In this document: piece after piece, positions 53,291 to 64,000 of the stretch
Layout of the letters: each line of letters opens with the position of its first letter
Position numbering within the stretch: the first letter of the stretch is position 1
From: Octopus vulgaris
Taxonomy: Eukaryota
NCBI GenBank assembly: GCA_951406725.2
Contig: OX597817.1
Coordinates: forward strand, 79,236,001-79,300,000
DNA length: 64,000 nucleotides
Reading direction: 5' to 3'
Translations under genes and position numbers: made by a program
Notes under the pieces: model-generated
Told to the model about the DNA's origin: nothing
What the model saw: only the letters and a program-made list of their open reading frames with translations
Database searches by the model: none

Positions 53291-54151
53291 CACACACACA
53301 GACACACTTAATATTCTCTTGCAAAAATAAATGTGACAGTGACTTCGAAGTCTCAGCCTGCTTTACCTAAAAACAACTATTAGTATGTATATATATTACA
53401 TATATATGTGTATATATATATATATATGTATTACACGCAAATATATATATGTGTGTGTGTGTGTATATGTAGATGTAGATACGCATGCGTGTAGCTGTCT
53501 GTCAGTGTATTATGTATGTACTTTGGAGCTGATTGCTGATTGGAAGAAAAAAAAAGCCTGGCCAAGAGAAGAAAGAGGTTAATGTCAGACTTTTAATTTA
53601 TCGCTTGGCTACCTGCATAGACACAGACATGCCAAGACATTTAATTGTTTAGAGGTGGAAAAGGGCATATAAACTGCAATTTTATGGCTTAGGGGCCCCT
53701 GAAAAAGTGAGAAGAATGGCTGCTCCAAACACTGACAAAGTGAAAATTGGCACAGATTTCTTACATTTTCCTTGGGGGTGTATTCATGATTGGAGACGTT
53801 GGCCTTAGTTGAAAGTTTAGCTAGGCAAAAGGAAACTAGATCTCTCTCTATTGGTTTGTTATATGATAAAGAAAACAACGAAGTTATATACATGTCTATA
53901 AGCTTTTCACTTATCTGTGAGACTGATGTGTGTATTATATAAACATTTTAAGAGTACAACGATTTTATTTATTTATTCATTTATGTTGTTGTTGTTCTAA
54001 TGGGCTTGTAAATGTTGGGGTGAGGAGAGAATACAATTTTGCATTTATTTCTTAGCAACATTGGACGAGTACGAATCAATACATATATCCAAGTAATATA
54101 TAGGTTTGTGTATGTGTGTGTGTGTATTTATGTGTGTCTTTACATGTGAGC

Positions 54152-54202
<51 letters not shown>

Positions 54203-54269
54203 CATACATATACATATAAAGAGAGACACAGAGAGAGCGAGCGACAGTGAGAGATGTATATATACGTAC

Positions 54270-54358
<89 letters not shown>

Positions 54359-54369
54359 CATATATGTCT

Positions 54370-54528
54370 TGCTTAGCTGGCCAAAAACTTCAAAGTCACT
54401 ATCAACAACATTATTGTATAAAATTGCATTGTATACAACATTATTGTATAAATTTGCTCTGTACAGAAGTATAGAGTAACCCGTCAGATTAATGTAAAAC
54501 TTTTTTTATTATTACATAAAAACAAACA
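54370..54528 (+). repeat. Second copy of the 1041-1180 Penelope-like fragment between (TA)n tracts
   Basis: gcttagctggcc.aaactt...tcaacaac.tt.ttgtata and gtaaccc.tcagattaat.taaaa are shared with 1042-1150. Confidence 0.7.
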
Positions 54529-54799
54529 TATATATATATATATATATATATAGCAAAATAAGGATTCAGATAGAATCAGGAACTTGAAAATATATGCACC
54601 AGGTAGGGTTGGATACACCTGTGCTTCTGGCTAATGGTTGATATGTATCAGATAAGATATTCTAGTTGTGTATACACAGAAAGCCAACCCTATGAGTATG
54701 TAGTACGTTGGGATTGGTCCACACCGACTCTACCCCAATCACTCCCTACAGACATAAACCCTCCCCATACCCCACCTGTCATAAATACAAGCACAAACA

Positions 54800-55350
54800 C
54801 ACAGGAGCCCGAAATTTCCCTACCCCGGCCCTTGGATAAATTTGTAACATTGTATAACATGAAAAAGGAAGAAGTTTGTAACGAGATAAAGACATGGGAC
54901 AGAGAGCAATAGATGTGGACGTAAGAAGGGTGGGGTTTTTCCCAAGGACGTTTGCTGTGCAGTGGCGGACCCGAAAAGCCTCTCGAGATTACGAGGAAGA
55001 AATTGACTTCGATTGGTTACGTAGATGGACATCAGCAAAATACCTAAAAGGGTGAGTTATGCATATATTTTGAAGGAATCTAACAAAGACATTTTCCAAA
55101 AAAGTGGATACTAGCTGTTATAAAGGCGGTATCAATGTTAGTACAAATTAATGGCTTAGAAAAGAAGGTAAAACCAAAAGCTTTTAATAACAGGTTCAAT
55201 GAAGTCGCTCGGGGTGGGGTCGAACGGCTTCATTCCATATTTTCATTATATTCAATTCTAATTCATCATTCCTATTCGTTTTTTTTTTCGTCCCTACCTT
55301 GTGCTGTCCCCTCTATGTACGGCTTTCATGGCTATTCTTATGAAATAAAG
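54800..55350 (+). mobile_element. Highly decayed Tx1-like 3' end
   Basis: KAFNNRFNEVAR resembles the ECFKKRWVNVA terminus of the 39788-40657 copy, and the 3' UTR ends similarly in aataaag. Confidence 0.3.
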
Positions 55351-55695
55351 AAGCTTGCTTCCGGTCAAACGACGTCGTTCGTGTTTCTTTCTTTATTTCC
55401 TGTGCGCTGTAAGTCATCGTTTTTTCTTGTTGAAATTCTGTTATAGTCTGTTGTTGTTATTGTTGAACTGCTGCCTATTTGCAGGTTTTATTGAAGTGCG
55501 TTTTATTTCCCGGTATACTGAGGAATAGAAAATTTCTGTGGCCATTTGGCAATTATTCATTGGATTTTTACGGAGTACACACTTTTATTATTTGGCCTTT
55601 GTAGGCACTACTGGGCTGCGCCCCGCCTCCAAATGGGATGGAATTTAATTTTTGAACTGTAGAATTAATTTTTGAACAGTGGAAAAAAGGAAAAC

Positions 55696-55975
55696 CTACA
55701 ATTTTCTTTTGAGATCAGTGTGAAGGCGTGTGGCTAAGTGGTTAGGATATTCTGGGCGGGCGTTAACTTTGCTAGGGAGGGTGGAAGTGTTTAGCAGAGT
55801 TATGGACCGAAAATTACTTATAATACCCCACCCCCACCCTTTGTTCGGGTTCTTTCTAATCAACGTCACCACCCACCGGCTTGCAGATCTGGGAATTCTC
55901 CCATTCTGCTGCCAGTTGGCGTAGACGTCGGCTAGTAGGTGCCTGAACAAGTCTGGTATACTTTTGTAAAAGTCA
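55696..55975 (-). mobile_element. Tx1/L1-like RT fragment
   Basis: GRIPRSASRWVVTLIRKNPNKG..ISNFRSITLLNT. Confidence 0.75.
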
Positions 55976-56258
55976 TGGGATGAGCATCAAGTGGTTATGA
56001 TATTCTGCTCACGATCGTAAGGTCGTGAGTTCGATTCCTGCGGCGCATTGTGTCCTTGAGCAAGACACTTTATTTCACATTGTTCCAGTCCACTCAGCTA
56101 GCAAAAATGAGTAGTACCTGAATCTCCCAGAGAATTACGTTAAGAGTACATGTGTCTATGGTATACTCAGTCACTTGTACGTTAATTTCACGAGTAGGCT
56201 GTTCCCTTGATCGGATCAACTGGAAATCTTGTCGTCGTAGCCGACAGAGTGTCACTAC
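55976..56258 (+). mobile_element. tRNA-derived SINE (family D) sharing its 3' half with family C
   Basis: aagtggtta, gagttcgattcc and gtgtccttgagcaagacact. Tail gagaattacgttaag..ttaatttcacga. Confidence 0.75.
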
Positions 56259-56582
56259 CAGAGATCAGTAGTCAGGGATCAATTTTTTGGTCATTTAAGA
56301 GAACACTCACCTGTTTCACCCATTCTTGCAACAGCGGCCATATTTAAGTCGTATCATTTCACATTTTCTTTATCTCCCAACCTATCGTTGGCATCGGATC
56401 TAACCGTAACAAATTAGAATCAGTGATCTTAAATCACGAGTCACTTTAAATTGAATGAGAAATCATTTTGTCATTGTTATTTGTTTCTTTTTGTTTAAAA
56501 GCACTTTCGCTGCGTACGTTTTGTACTTGCTTCTTAATATTTTCTGCTGGTAAACATTCTGATTTTATAAACAAGTATATAT

Positions 56583-56982
56583 ACTCTTTTTATTCTCTAT
56601 TACTTGTTTCAGTCATTTGACTGCAGCCATTTATTCTTTGGAAGCCTAGTACTTATTCTATCGGTCTCTTTTGCCGAACCGCTAAGTTACGGGAACATAA
56701 ACACACCATCATATGTTGTCAAGCGATGTTGGTGGGGACAAGCACAAATACATCACTTGACAACCGATGGTGGTGTGTTTACGTCCCCGTAACTTATATA
56801 TATATATATATATATATATATACGACGAGCTTCTTTCAGTTTCCGTCTACCAAATCCACTCGCAAGGCTTTGATCGGCCCGAGACTATAGTAGAAGACAC
56901 TTGACCAAGGTGCCACGCAGTGGGAATGAACCCGGAACCATGTGGTTGGTAAGCAAGCTAATTACCACACAGCCACTCCAGC
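56583..56982 (-). mobile_element. Family A SINE with internal inverted segment
   Basis: Family A match. 56683-56728 is inverted at 56751-56796. Confidence 0.85.
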
Positions 56983-57914
56983 GTAAATTTTCTATAATAC
57001 TTACTGCAACACTTTCCTCAATTCACTTTTTAAAATATGATAATATCGATCCATTTTCTCTTGAACATATTTATGAAAACCTTACCTTACTTAATGCTGT
57101 AAATAAAGATGTGTCATCTATTTTACTTGAATTCGACCCTTTTTCAAATACAAAGTCGTAAACTATATACTGTGTAGTTAAATTGTAATATTTTACTAAC
57201 AAGATCGTTAAAGCTTCACTTATTTTGGTATGTAGGATTAAAAAAATTCCTCTATAGTGCATTATTGTTTTATATCAACAATCAAGCATTTACTTTCTTA
57301 AATATGAATGATGACTGACTTCGGTCTTTTTATTAATTAATCATTAACCCGGTAACCCGGTGGTGCTGCGAGAAGTACATAGACCATGCAGGGCATCCAT
57401 TTTATATAAGCGTGTTTGTTGTATTCGACGTTATGGTAAGTTTTAGGAGAGGGCGGTCAAAACCCATGCAACACTGCTGTCTTTACCCATCCCTTTTTTT
57501 TAGTATAAAGTCATCAACAGAAGTGAATATATCATCCTACACTCCTTGTGTTAATTCTCTCAATATCCTTCTTTTCTTCTTTCTGCTTCTCTCTTTATAT
57601 ACGATATACATACATATTTAGACGCATACATGCTCATATACCTACACATATGAAGAGAGAGAGAGAGAGAGAGGGAGCAAGGAGGGGTGAGAGAGAGCAA
57701 TAAAGGTATTTAGCAGTTAATACCCTTTATTTATCTAACGTAGAGAAATTCTTTATGACTGTTGTACCCACAAGACAGCTGACACGCTCTTACACCTAAA
57801 TTTATGAAGCATATCAATATCAGACGTGTTTTTATTCCCATTATGCTTTGGAATTCTGACTCTCCATAATGCAACTGCTTGTACACTTATTTATTTATTC
57901 ATCTATGTATGTAT

Positions 57915-57945
<31 letters not shown>

Positions 57946-58901
57946 TTATTTATTTATTTATTTATCTATCGTGCAGTCTATACAGTTCTCATATATGTAC
58001 GTATGTATACCCATAACTCTACCGGCAGAGTATTTCCTAAAGCTAAAACAAAATAGTAATAAAATAAAAAAGAAACAGACACAGTAGGAATTTATGCTAA
58101 TCAGAATCATATCACGTTCATGCTCTGTTAACCAAGAAACTGCATGTGGCGCTTTTCCAGTATTTTGCAATTTTGTGCATCAAACCATACAACGGCAACA
58201 GCAGCAGCAGTAACAATATGAAAGAAACAAAAATATTGTGAGAATAGAAAAATAGATTAAAATCCGATGTTTAGCAAGGATTAGTATATTTATTTATCTT
58301 TTTTTAAAGGAAGGTTAAGGTTTTATATCAACTAGGTTAACCGTTAGCTTGTTAGTCGTCAGGAAGGTAGACAACTGCTGATATAATGGATAAAGCGTTG
58401 CATGTCTGAGAGTAATTTTAATGGCGCATTTCCAGTTCTTGGTGTTGACCTGCATTCTTATTGAAAATACATAATTTTTGCAGGATCAGTAAATTTCCTT
58501 CACCTCTTAATACTAAAAACTATAACTTTCTCATTAGTTTATTCTGATGTAATTTCCATGAGTTTATAATTACTGCGATTAAACTGGAATACCAACTCAA
58601 AACAATTTCTGGCATAATTCATTTTTGAGCGCCATTTTAGTTATAATGAAGCTTAGTGGATTGGCAGAATAATTAGAACATTTAGTTGAATAAAAATAAA
58701 CTCTGCTGTATTTGTTCAAGTTCTTTCTGTTGTGAATTCAGGTCCCATCAACAAAAACTTTACTTTTCATTTTTTTTTTTGTTGTTTTCCAGTGTCGAGA
58801 AAATAAAGTACCAGGTAAGTACTGGAGTTGATGGTATCAACTAATCCCTTCTCATCAAAGCTGCTGTCTTGTGTCTATATCATCATTATCGTAATCATCA
58901 A

Positions 58902-58974
<73 letters not shown>

Positions 58975-59300
58975 GTCTTTGCACAGCTTCTAATACTGGA
59001 GATGTAATATGGTGCCAGCTGATCTCTACCAGTGAACTAAGGTAACGCCCCTTATTCTTTGAGCTCCATCCTGAGTATTCAAGTGGTTCCAAGCAGTGCT
59101 ATTTTTTGCAAGTGCTCCATCCTTATTGCAACCCCTATTTGTTCCATGTACTTCTGAAGATTTTTACCCTCTGTTCCCAGGGCTCCGACAATTATTGGTA
59201 CTACTAGCAACATTTTCACAACTGCTTAAGCTCCCAAGCTAACCTGTCATATCTATCGACTTTACTTTCTTCCTTATCGCATACCTTATTGTCAGCTAGG

Positions 59301-59302
<2 letters not shown>
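58975..59302 (-). mobile_element. Second-family R4/Dong-like LINE 3' tip within (TAA)n
   Basis: Minus strand encodes VPIIVGALGT..EHLQKIALLGT. (ATT)n on both sides. Confidence 0.75.
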
Positions 59303-59361
<59 letters not shown>

Positions 59362-60157
59362 GAGTGAGAGAGCAGTGCATGTCATCAAAGTCACACTGAG
59401 GTAAAATATATGGAGCCCAGTATACCCATCATGACTACCTGTCTGATAAGGGTACACCAGGCACATGCATCACAACCACATGTGCGTGACATGGTGGTCT
59501 CATGTCAAGAATAACAGCACATGACCTGTAGGTGTGGGCCTAGTTAGTATTTTCGTCAGGTCGAGTTGCCGATCACGCTCAAATTGTCTCTGAATAAGAG
59601 TTGCTTAAGGATGTTGAACGAAACACCCTTGTTTCCAGAGGTGAATTATTCAAACCTCATAGAATTCCTTTTAATATATGTCTATGATGCTCCCCTGCTA
59701 CTTCTGCTCATGATCAGAGATGCACATATCGTTAGTCACTAAGGGACATGCTCAACTGGTTAAAGTTGGTGAGGGTGAAGATGTAACCTGCACAGCATAT
59801 GAGAAGACTGGAATGTAGAGCTATAAGTGATAAGGCGACAGGATACACATACATAAATACATATGTAAACACACACACACAAACACACAACACACACATT
59901 CACACACACACATATATATATATGTATCACCGTTAGTCTAATGTCTATACCTGGATAGCTTTCCTGTCATCAGCACATACCCACACTCATGCACACGTAT
60001 GCACATTAATTTACATACATATATACATATATAAATATAAACACACACACACATTTATGTATACACGTATATATATATGTGTATAAATATGTGTATATAT
60101 ATATACATACATATATATTTATGTATATATTCATATATATATATACATGTACATATA

Positions 60158-60210
<53 letters not shown>

Positions 60211-60521
60211 AAGTATGAATGTATATATGTATGACAGTTTCTGTCTACCAAACCTACAAGGCTTTATCAGGTGATTGGTGTGGTAGAAGATACTTGCTCA
60301 AGATGCCACGAAGTGGGACTGAACCAAAAGCCAGGTTGCTTAAAAACAAATTTCTTAACCCCAAGACTGCCTATACGTACATACAAATATATACAGAGAG
60401 AAAGAGAAATAGATATTGATATAGATGTATCTTTAGATATTTCAGTACCAAATTACAATTAAAACTATATAGCATATTCCTGTGCTCCTACTCAAACACA
60501 CACAAACACCTGCAAACACAT

Positions 60522-60588
<67 letters not shown>

Positions 60589-60992
60589 TCATCTCACAAA
60601 CTGCTGATATTCATATTCCATTATGACTATACATACATATATATATGTGTGTGTGTGTGTTCGTGTGTGTGTGTGTGTGTGTAGATATGTGTATTCACAT
60701 GTAACTATACACACTCATGAGAATAATTTAAACATGGTTTTTCTATGCTTACGAGCATTTAACCTGATCAAAATGGCCACAACTGTCACAATGCCAACGG
60801 TACTGAGGAATGGTAAAATTATGTCCTGCAAAGTATATGTAATTGGAATCAAGCTTTTATAGCTGAATGCTCTTAACAGTGCCAACCATGACAAAATTGA
60901 TCCAACTATGTACAGAAATGGTTGCATAAATGCCTGTGTGAATGTGTGTCGACATGTATGTGTAGTATATGTGTATGTTTGTATATACATGC

Positions 60993-61023
<31 letters not shown>

Positions 61024-61153
61024 CGTATGTATGTATGTATGAATATATGTATGTATATATATATATATCTGTATGTATTTATGTATGTATGTATGTATAT
61101 GTATGTATATATGTGTATCTATTCTCTACACATATATCATATACACACAGATA

Positions 61154-61205
<52 letters not shown>

Positions 61206-61285
61206 TTCTGTGTGTGTAAAATTATATATATATATAATTACATACATATATAAATATATATACATATATATACACGTTTCTCTCT

Positions 61286-61318
<33 letters not shown>

Positions 61319-61439
61319 ACTATGAGTGTATAAGTGTATTCGTATATACCTGAAACAAAATATATTTTGTTGAGCTAATAATTATATATTAAAAATATAT
61401 TTGTGTGTGTATACACACACACACACATATATATATGTG

Positions 61440-61473
<34 letters not shown>

Positions 61474-61491
61474 CATACATACATATAAATG

Positions 61492-61535
<44 letters not shown>

Positions 61536-61598
61536 TATATATACATATATATACGTATATATATTATATTTATACACATATATATATATTATATACAT

Positions 61599-61658
<60 letters not shown>

Positions 61659-62389
61659 ATATGTAGGTGAGGGTGTGTACACATGTGTAAACATTTCTCT
61701 GCAGTGTATTTTTCTGAAAGGAAACTACCAAATACTTCTATGGCTTGAAATAAAACTTGCACGTAACCCTGGAAACGGGATATTCTAAAGAAATTACCTT
61801 AATTTTCTATTTTGTGTAGTTATGTATGTGCTGAATATAATATAGAAAAATAATTAAGAATGATAAAACATCACAATTTTATTAATTAATATTTTTTTTT
61901 TAATTCTGTGAATTAAGGCTTTAATTTCATTAACAAGCATTGAAGTAAATCTGAAATTGCTTTGATATTTTTTTTCTGAAAATTTTTTATCTTAGGCAAA
62001 ATGATTTTTCTTTTATTCGTTGTTATCGTTGTTGTTGTTGTTGTTGTTGTTATTTTTGTGTAGCCCCAGGTCAGACATGATCAAGCAATTCTATAATCAA
62101 AGACATTCCTGTCTAACTAGGAGTGTCTATAAATGTATTATTCAACATGTTACTCCTTAATATCAGTTAATTTCTTTCCAGGTAACAAGTGGCTTGAAGG
62201 AAAATTTAGCTGTTGTTTCTAGTAGGTTAAGGCCTGTGTTAGGCTTCCTTCTTATTGGTTTATCTGTAATAACATATCGCTTTTGATAATTTACTTTCTA
62301 GATAAACCTCAAAAATTTTCATGAACTCACAATGAGTTGTTTGAATGGTGTCCTTTTTTTTTACGTTTTTGATATATATATATATATTA

Positions 62390-62600
62390 TTTTAGCTCAT
62401 TTCAGCTCACGAGCTGTGGTGATGCTGAGACACTGCCATTTGGCATTGCTACATAATTTTACTTCACGAATGCTTTTTAGGAATTGACATTTGGTACAAG
62501 AGAGAGTTTGATGCAGCTGCCCTCAACTGCATCTCCTGCCGTGAAGTTGGTTCATATAGGACACCAGACAGGAAGAGGTCCAGCTTTATTTTGAAGACAC
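62390..62600 (-). mobile_element. Second copy of the 51945-52175 LINE 3' end
   Basis: Reverse-complement match including ctcctgccgtgaagttggttca. Confidence 0.75.
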
Positions 62601-62619
62601 CTATATCCACATATCAATA

Positions 62620-63318
62620 TGTGTGTGAAGTCAAAAATTATCCTCACTTTTGCTATATATCTTTATTATTGTTCCACTGCCTTTTGCCCACATGTGCTTA
62701 TAGCTGCAACTATTGTGGTAACAGGATCAAAATTTGAGCCTCATCACACCATTTTTACTTCTGGCTTTACAGTATAAGCATGGTTGCTCCTCTAACAATA
62801 TGCCCCAAAGAAGAACAAAGATCAGAGATCCAGTTTCTATGGAAAAGGGTGTACAATCAATAGTGCAAGATACAGTGTTTTGTTGGCCAACAAACTGAAG
62901 CCAGCAATTTGCACCAAACGCCGAAGCCTATAGTCAAAAGTTTTCTTGTTGCATGACAATGCATACCACACACGGCCGCCCAGACCATTGAAACCATTAA
63001 CCAACTGAGTTTTAAGATGTTGGAACACCCTGCCTACAGCCCAAATTTCACCCCTTCTGACTGTCATATCTTTGGACTGTTTAATGATGGTTTACAAGGT
63101 CGTTGATTTCCTGCAGATGATGTGAAGGAATCAGTGCATAAATGGCTGCACAATCAACTGCAAACCTTCTTCTTGGAGGGAATATGCAAGCTTGTGGACT
63201 GCTGGACAATGTGCCTTGGAAACGAAGGAGATTATATAAAAAAATGACATACTTGTTTATCCCTTGCTTTTGTGTATCTACATTAAGAAAACAAGAGTGC
63301 ATATAATGTTTAACTCTC

Positions 63319-63323
<5 letters not shown>
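62620..63323 (+). mobile_element. Internally deleted, decayed mariner
   Basis: LHDNA and EHPAYSPNFTPSDCHIFG. Imperfect TIRs gaagtcaaaaattatcctcact / agtgcatataatgtttaactctc. Confidence 0.8.
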
Positions 63324-63370
<47 letters not shown>

Positions 63371-63391
63371 ATATATATATTTGTAATTATA

Positions 63392-63793
63392 GGCGCAGGA
63401 GTGACTGTGTGGTAAGTAGTTTGCTTATGAACAACATGGTTCTGGGTTCAGTCCCATTGCGTGGCACCTTGGACAAGTGTCTGCTACTATACCCACATGC
63501 CTCCCAAAGCCTTGTCAGTGGATTTGGTAGATCGAAACTGAAAGAAGCCTGTTGTGTATATGTATATATATATGTATGTGTGTATATATTTGTGTGTCTG
63601 TGTTTGTTCTCCCAACATCGCTTGACAACCGATGCTGGTGTGTTTATGTCTCCGTAACTTAGCAGTTCAGCAAAAGAGACCGATAGAATAAGTACTAGGC
63701 TTATGAAGAATAAGTCCTGGGGTCAATTTGCTCGACTAAAAGGCGGTACTCCAGCATGGCCACAGTAACATGACTGAAACAAGTAAAAGAGTA
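63392..63793 (+). mobile_element. Family A CORE-like SINE, full length
   Basis: Head-to-tail match with the other copies. Confidence 0.9.
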
Positions 63794-63802
63794 ACTGTTT
63801 AT

Positions 63803-63860
63803 ATCCCACTGATGAGGCAGAGTATATTTTTATACAGAGCCAAAAATTCGGATCTGGGAT
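63803..63860 (+). ncRNA. Hammerhead motif, probably inactivated (G12 to A)
   Basis: ATCCCA-CTGATGA-GGC-[gtata/tatac hairpin]-GCC-AAAAA-TTCGGA-TC-TGGGAT. Perfect 6-bp stem I. Confidence 0.65.
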
Positions 63861-64000
63861 TATCCAATAATATTTATTATTGTTAGTTTATTTGTCTATT
63901 TGTCTATTCTTCTGGTGCTGTATGAATACATGATGTGATTTTAGAGTCAAGTTTTGACTGCTATCTTTTAGATACCCTTAATTATAATTTTAATAATGGT

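Overview
AT-rich, microsatellite-saturated metazoan DNA. The SINE families and the (TA)n/(TAA)n/(CA)n density suggest an Octopus-type cephalopod genome (inference). No intact host gene is supported, and nearly all ORF-track entries are translated microsatellites. Recognisable content is transposon debris: several tRNA-derived SINE families, an RTE LINE, R4/Dong-type and Tx1-type LINE ends, a Penelope-like GIY-YIG end, mariner/Tc1/maT relics, a hAT MITE, a Helitron and a Helentron-type element. The main observation is a set of short non-coding inserts, mostly in or beside (TA)n-type tracts and often folded back on themselves, that carry minimal type I hammerhead-ribozyme motifs. Six are clearly foldable (266, 1749, 13171, 20056, 51114, 63803) and several are decayed. 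Three sequence-unrelated copies share a CCGANGA core, and one lies in a circularly permuted 593-nt unit, consistent with a Penelope-driven retrozyme-like system. Folds were read by eye, no activity is shown, and many element boundaries are approximate.
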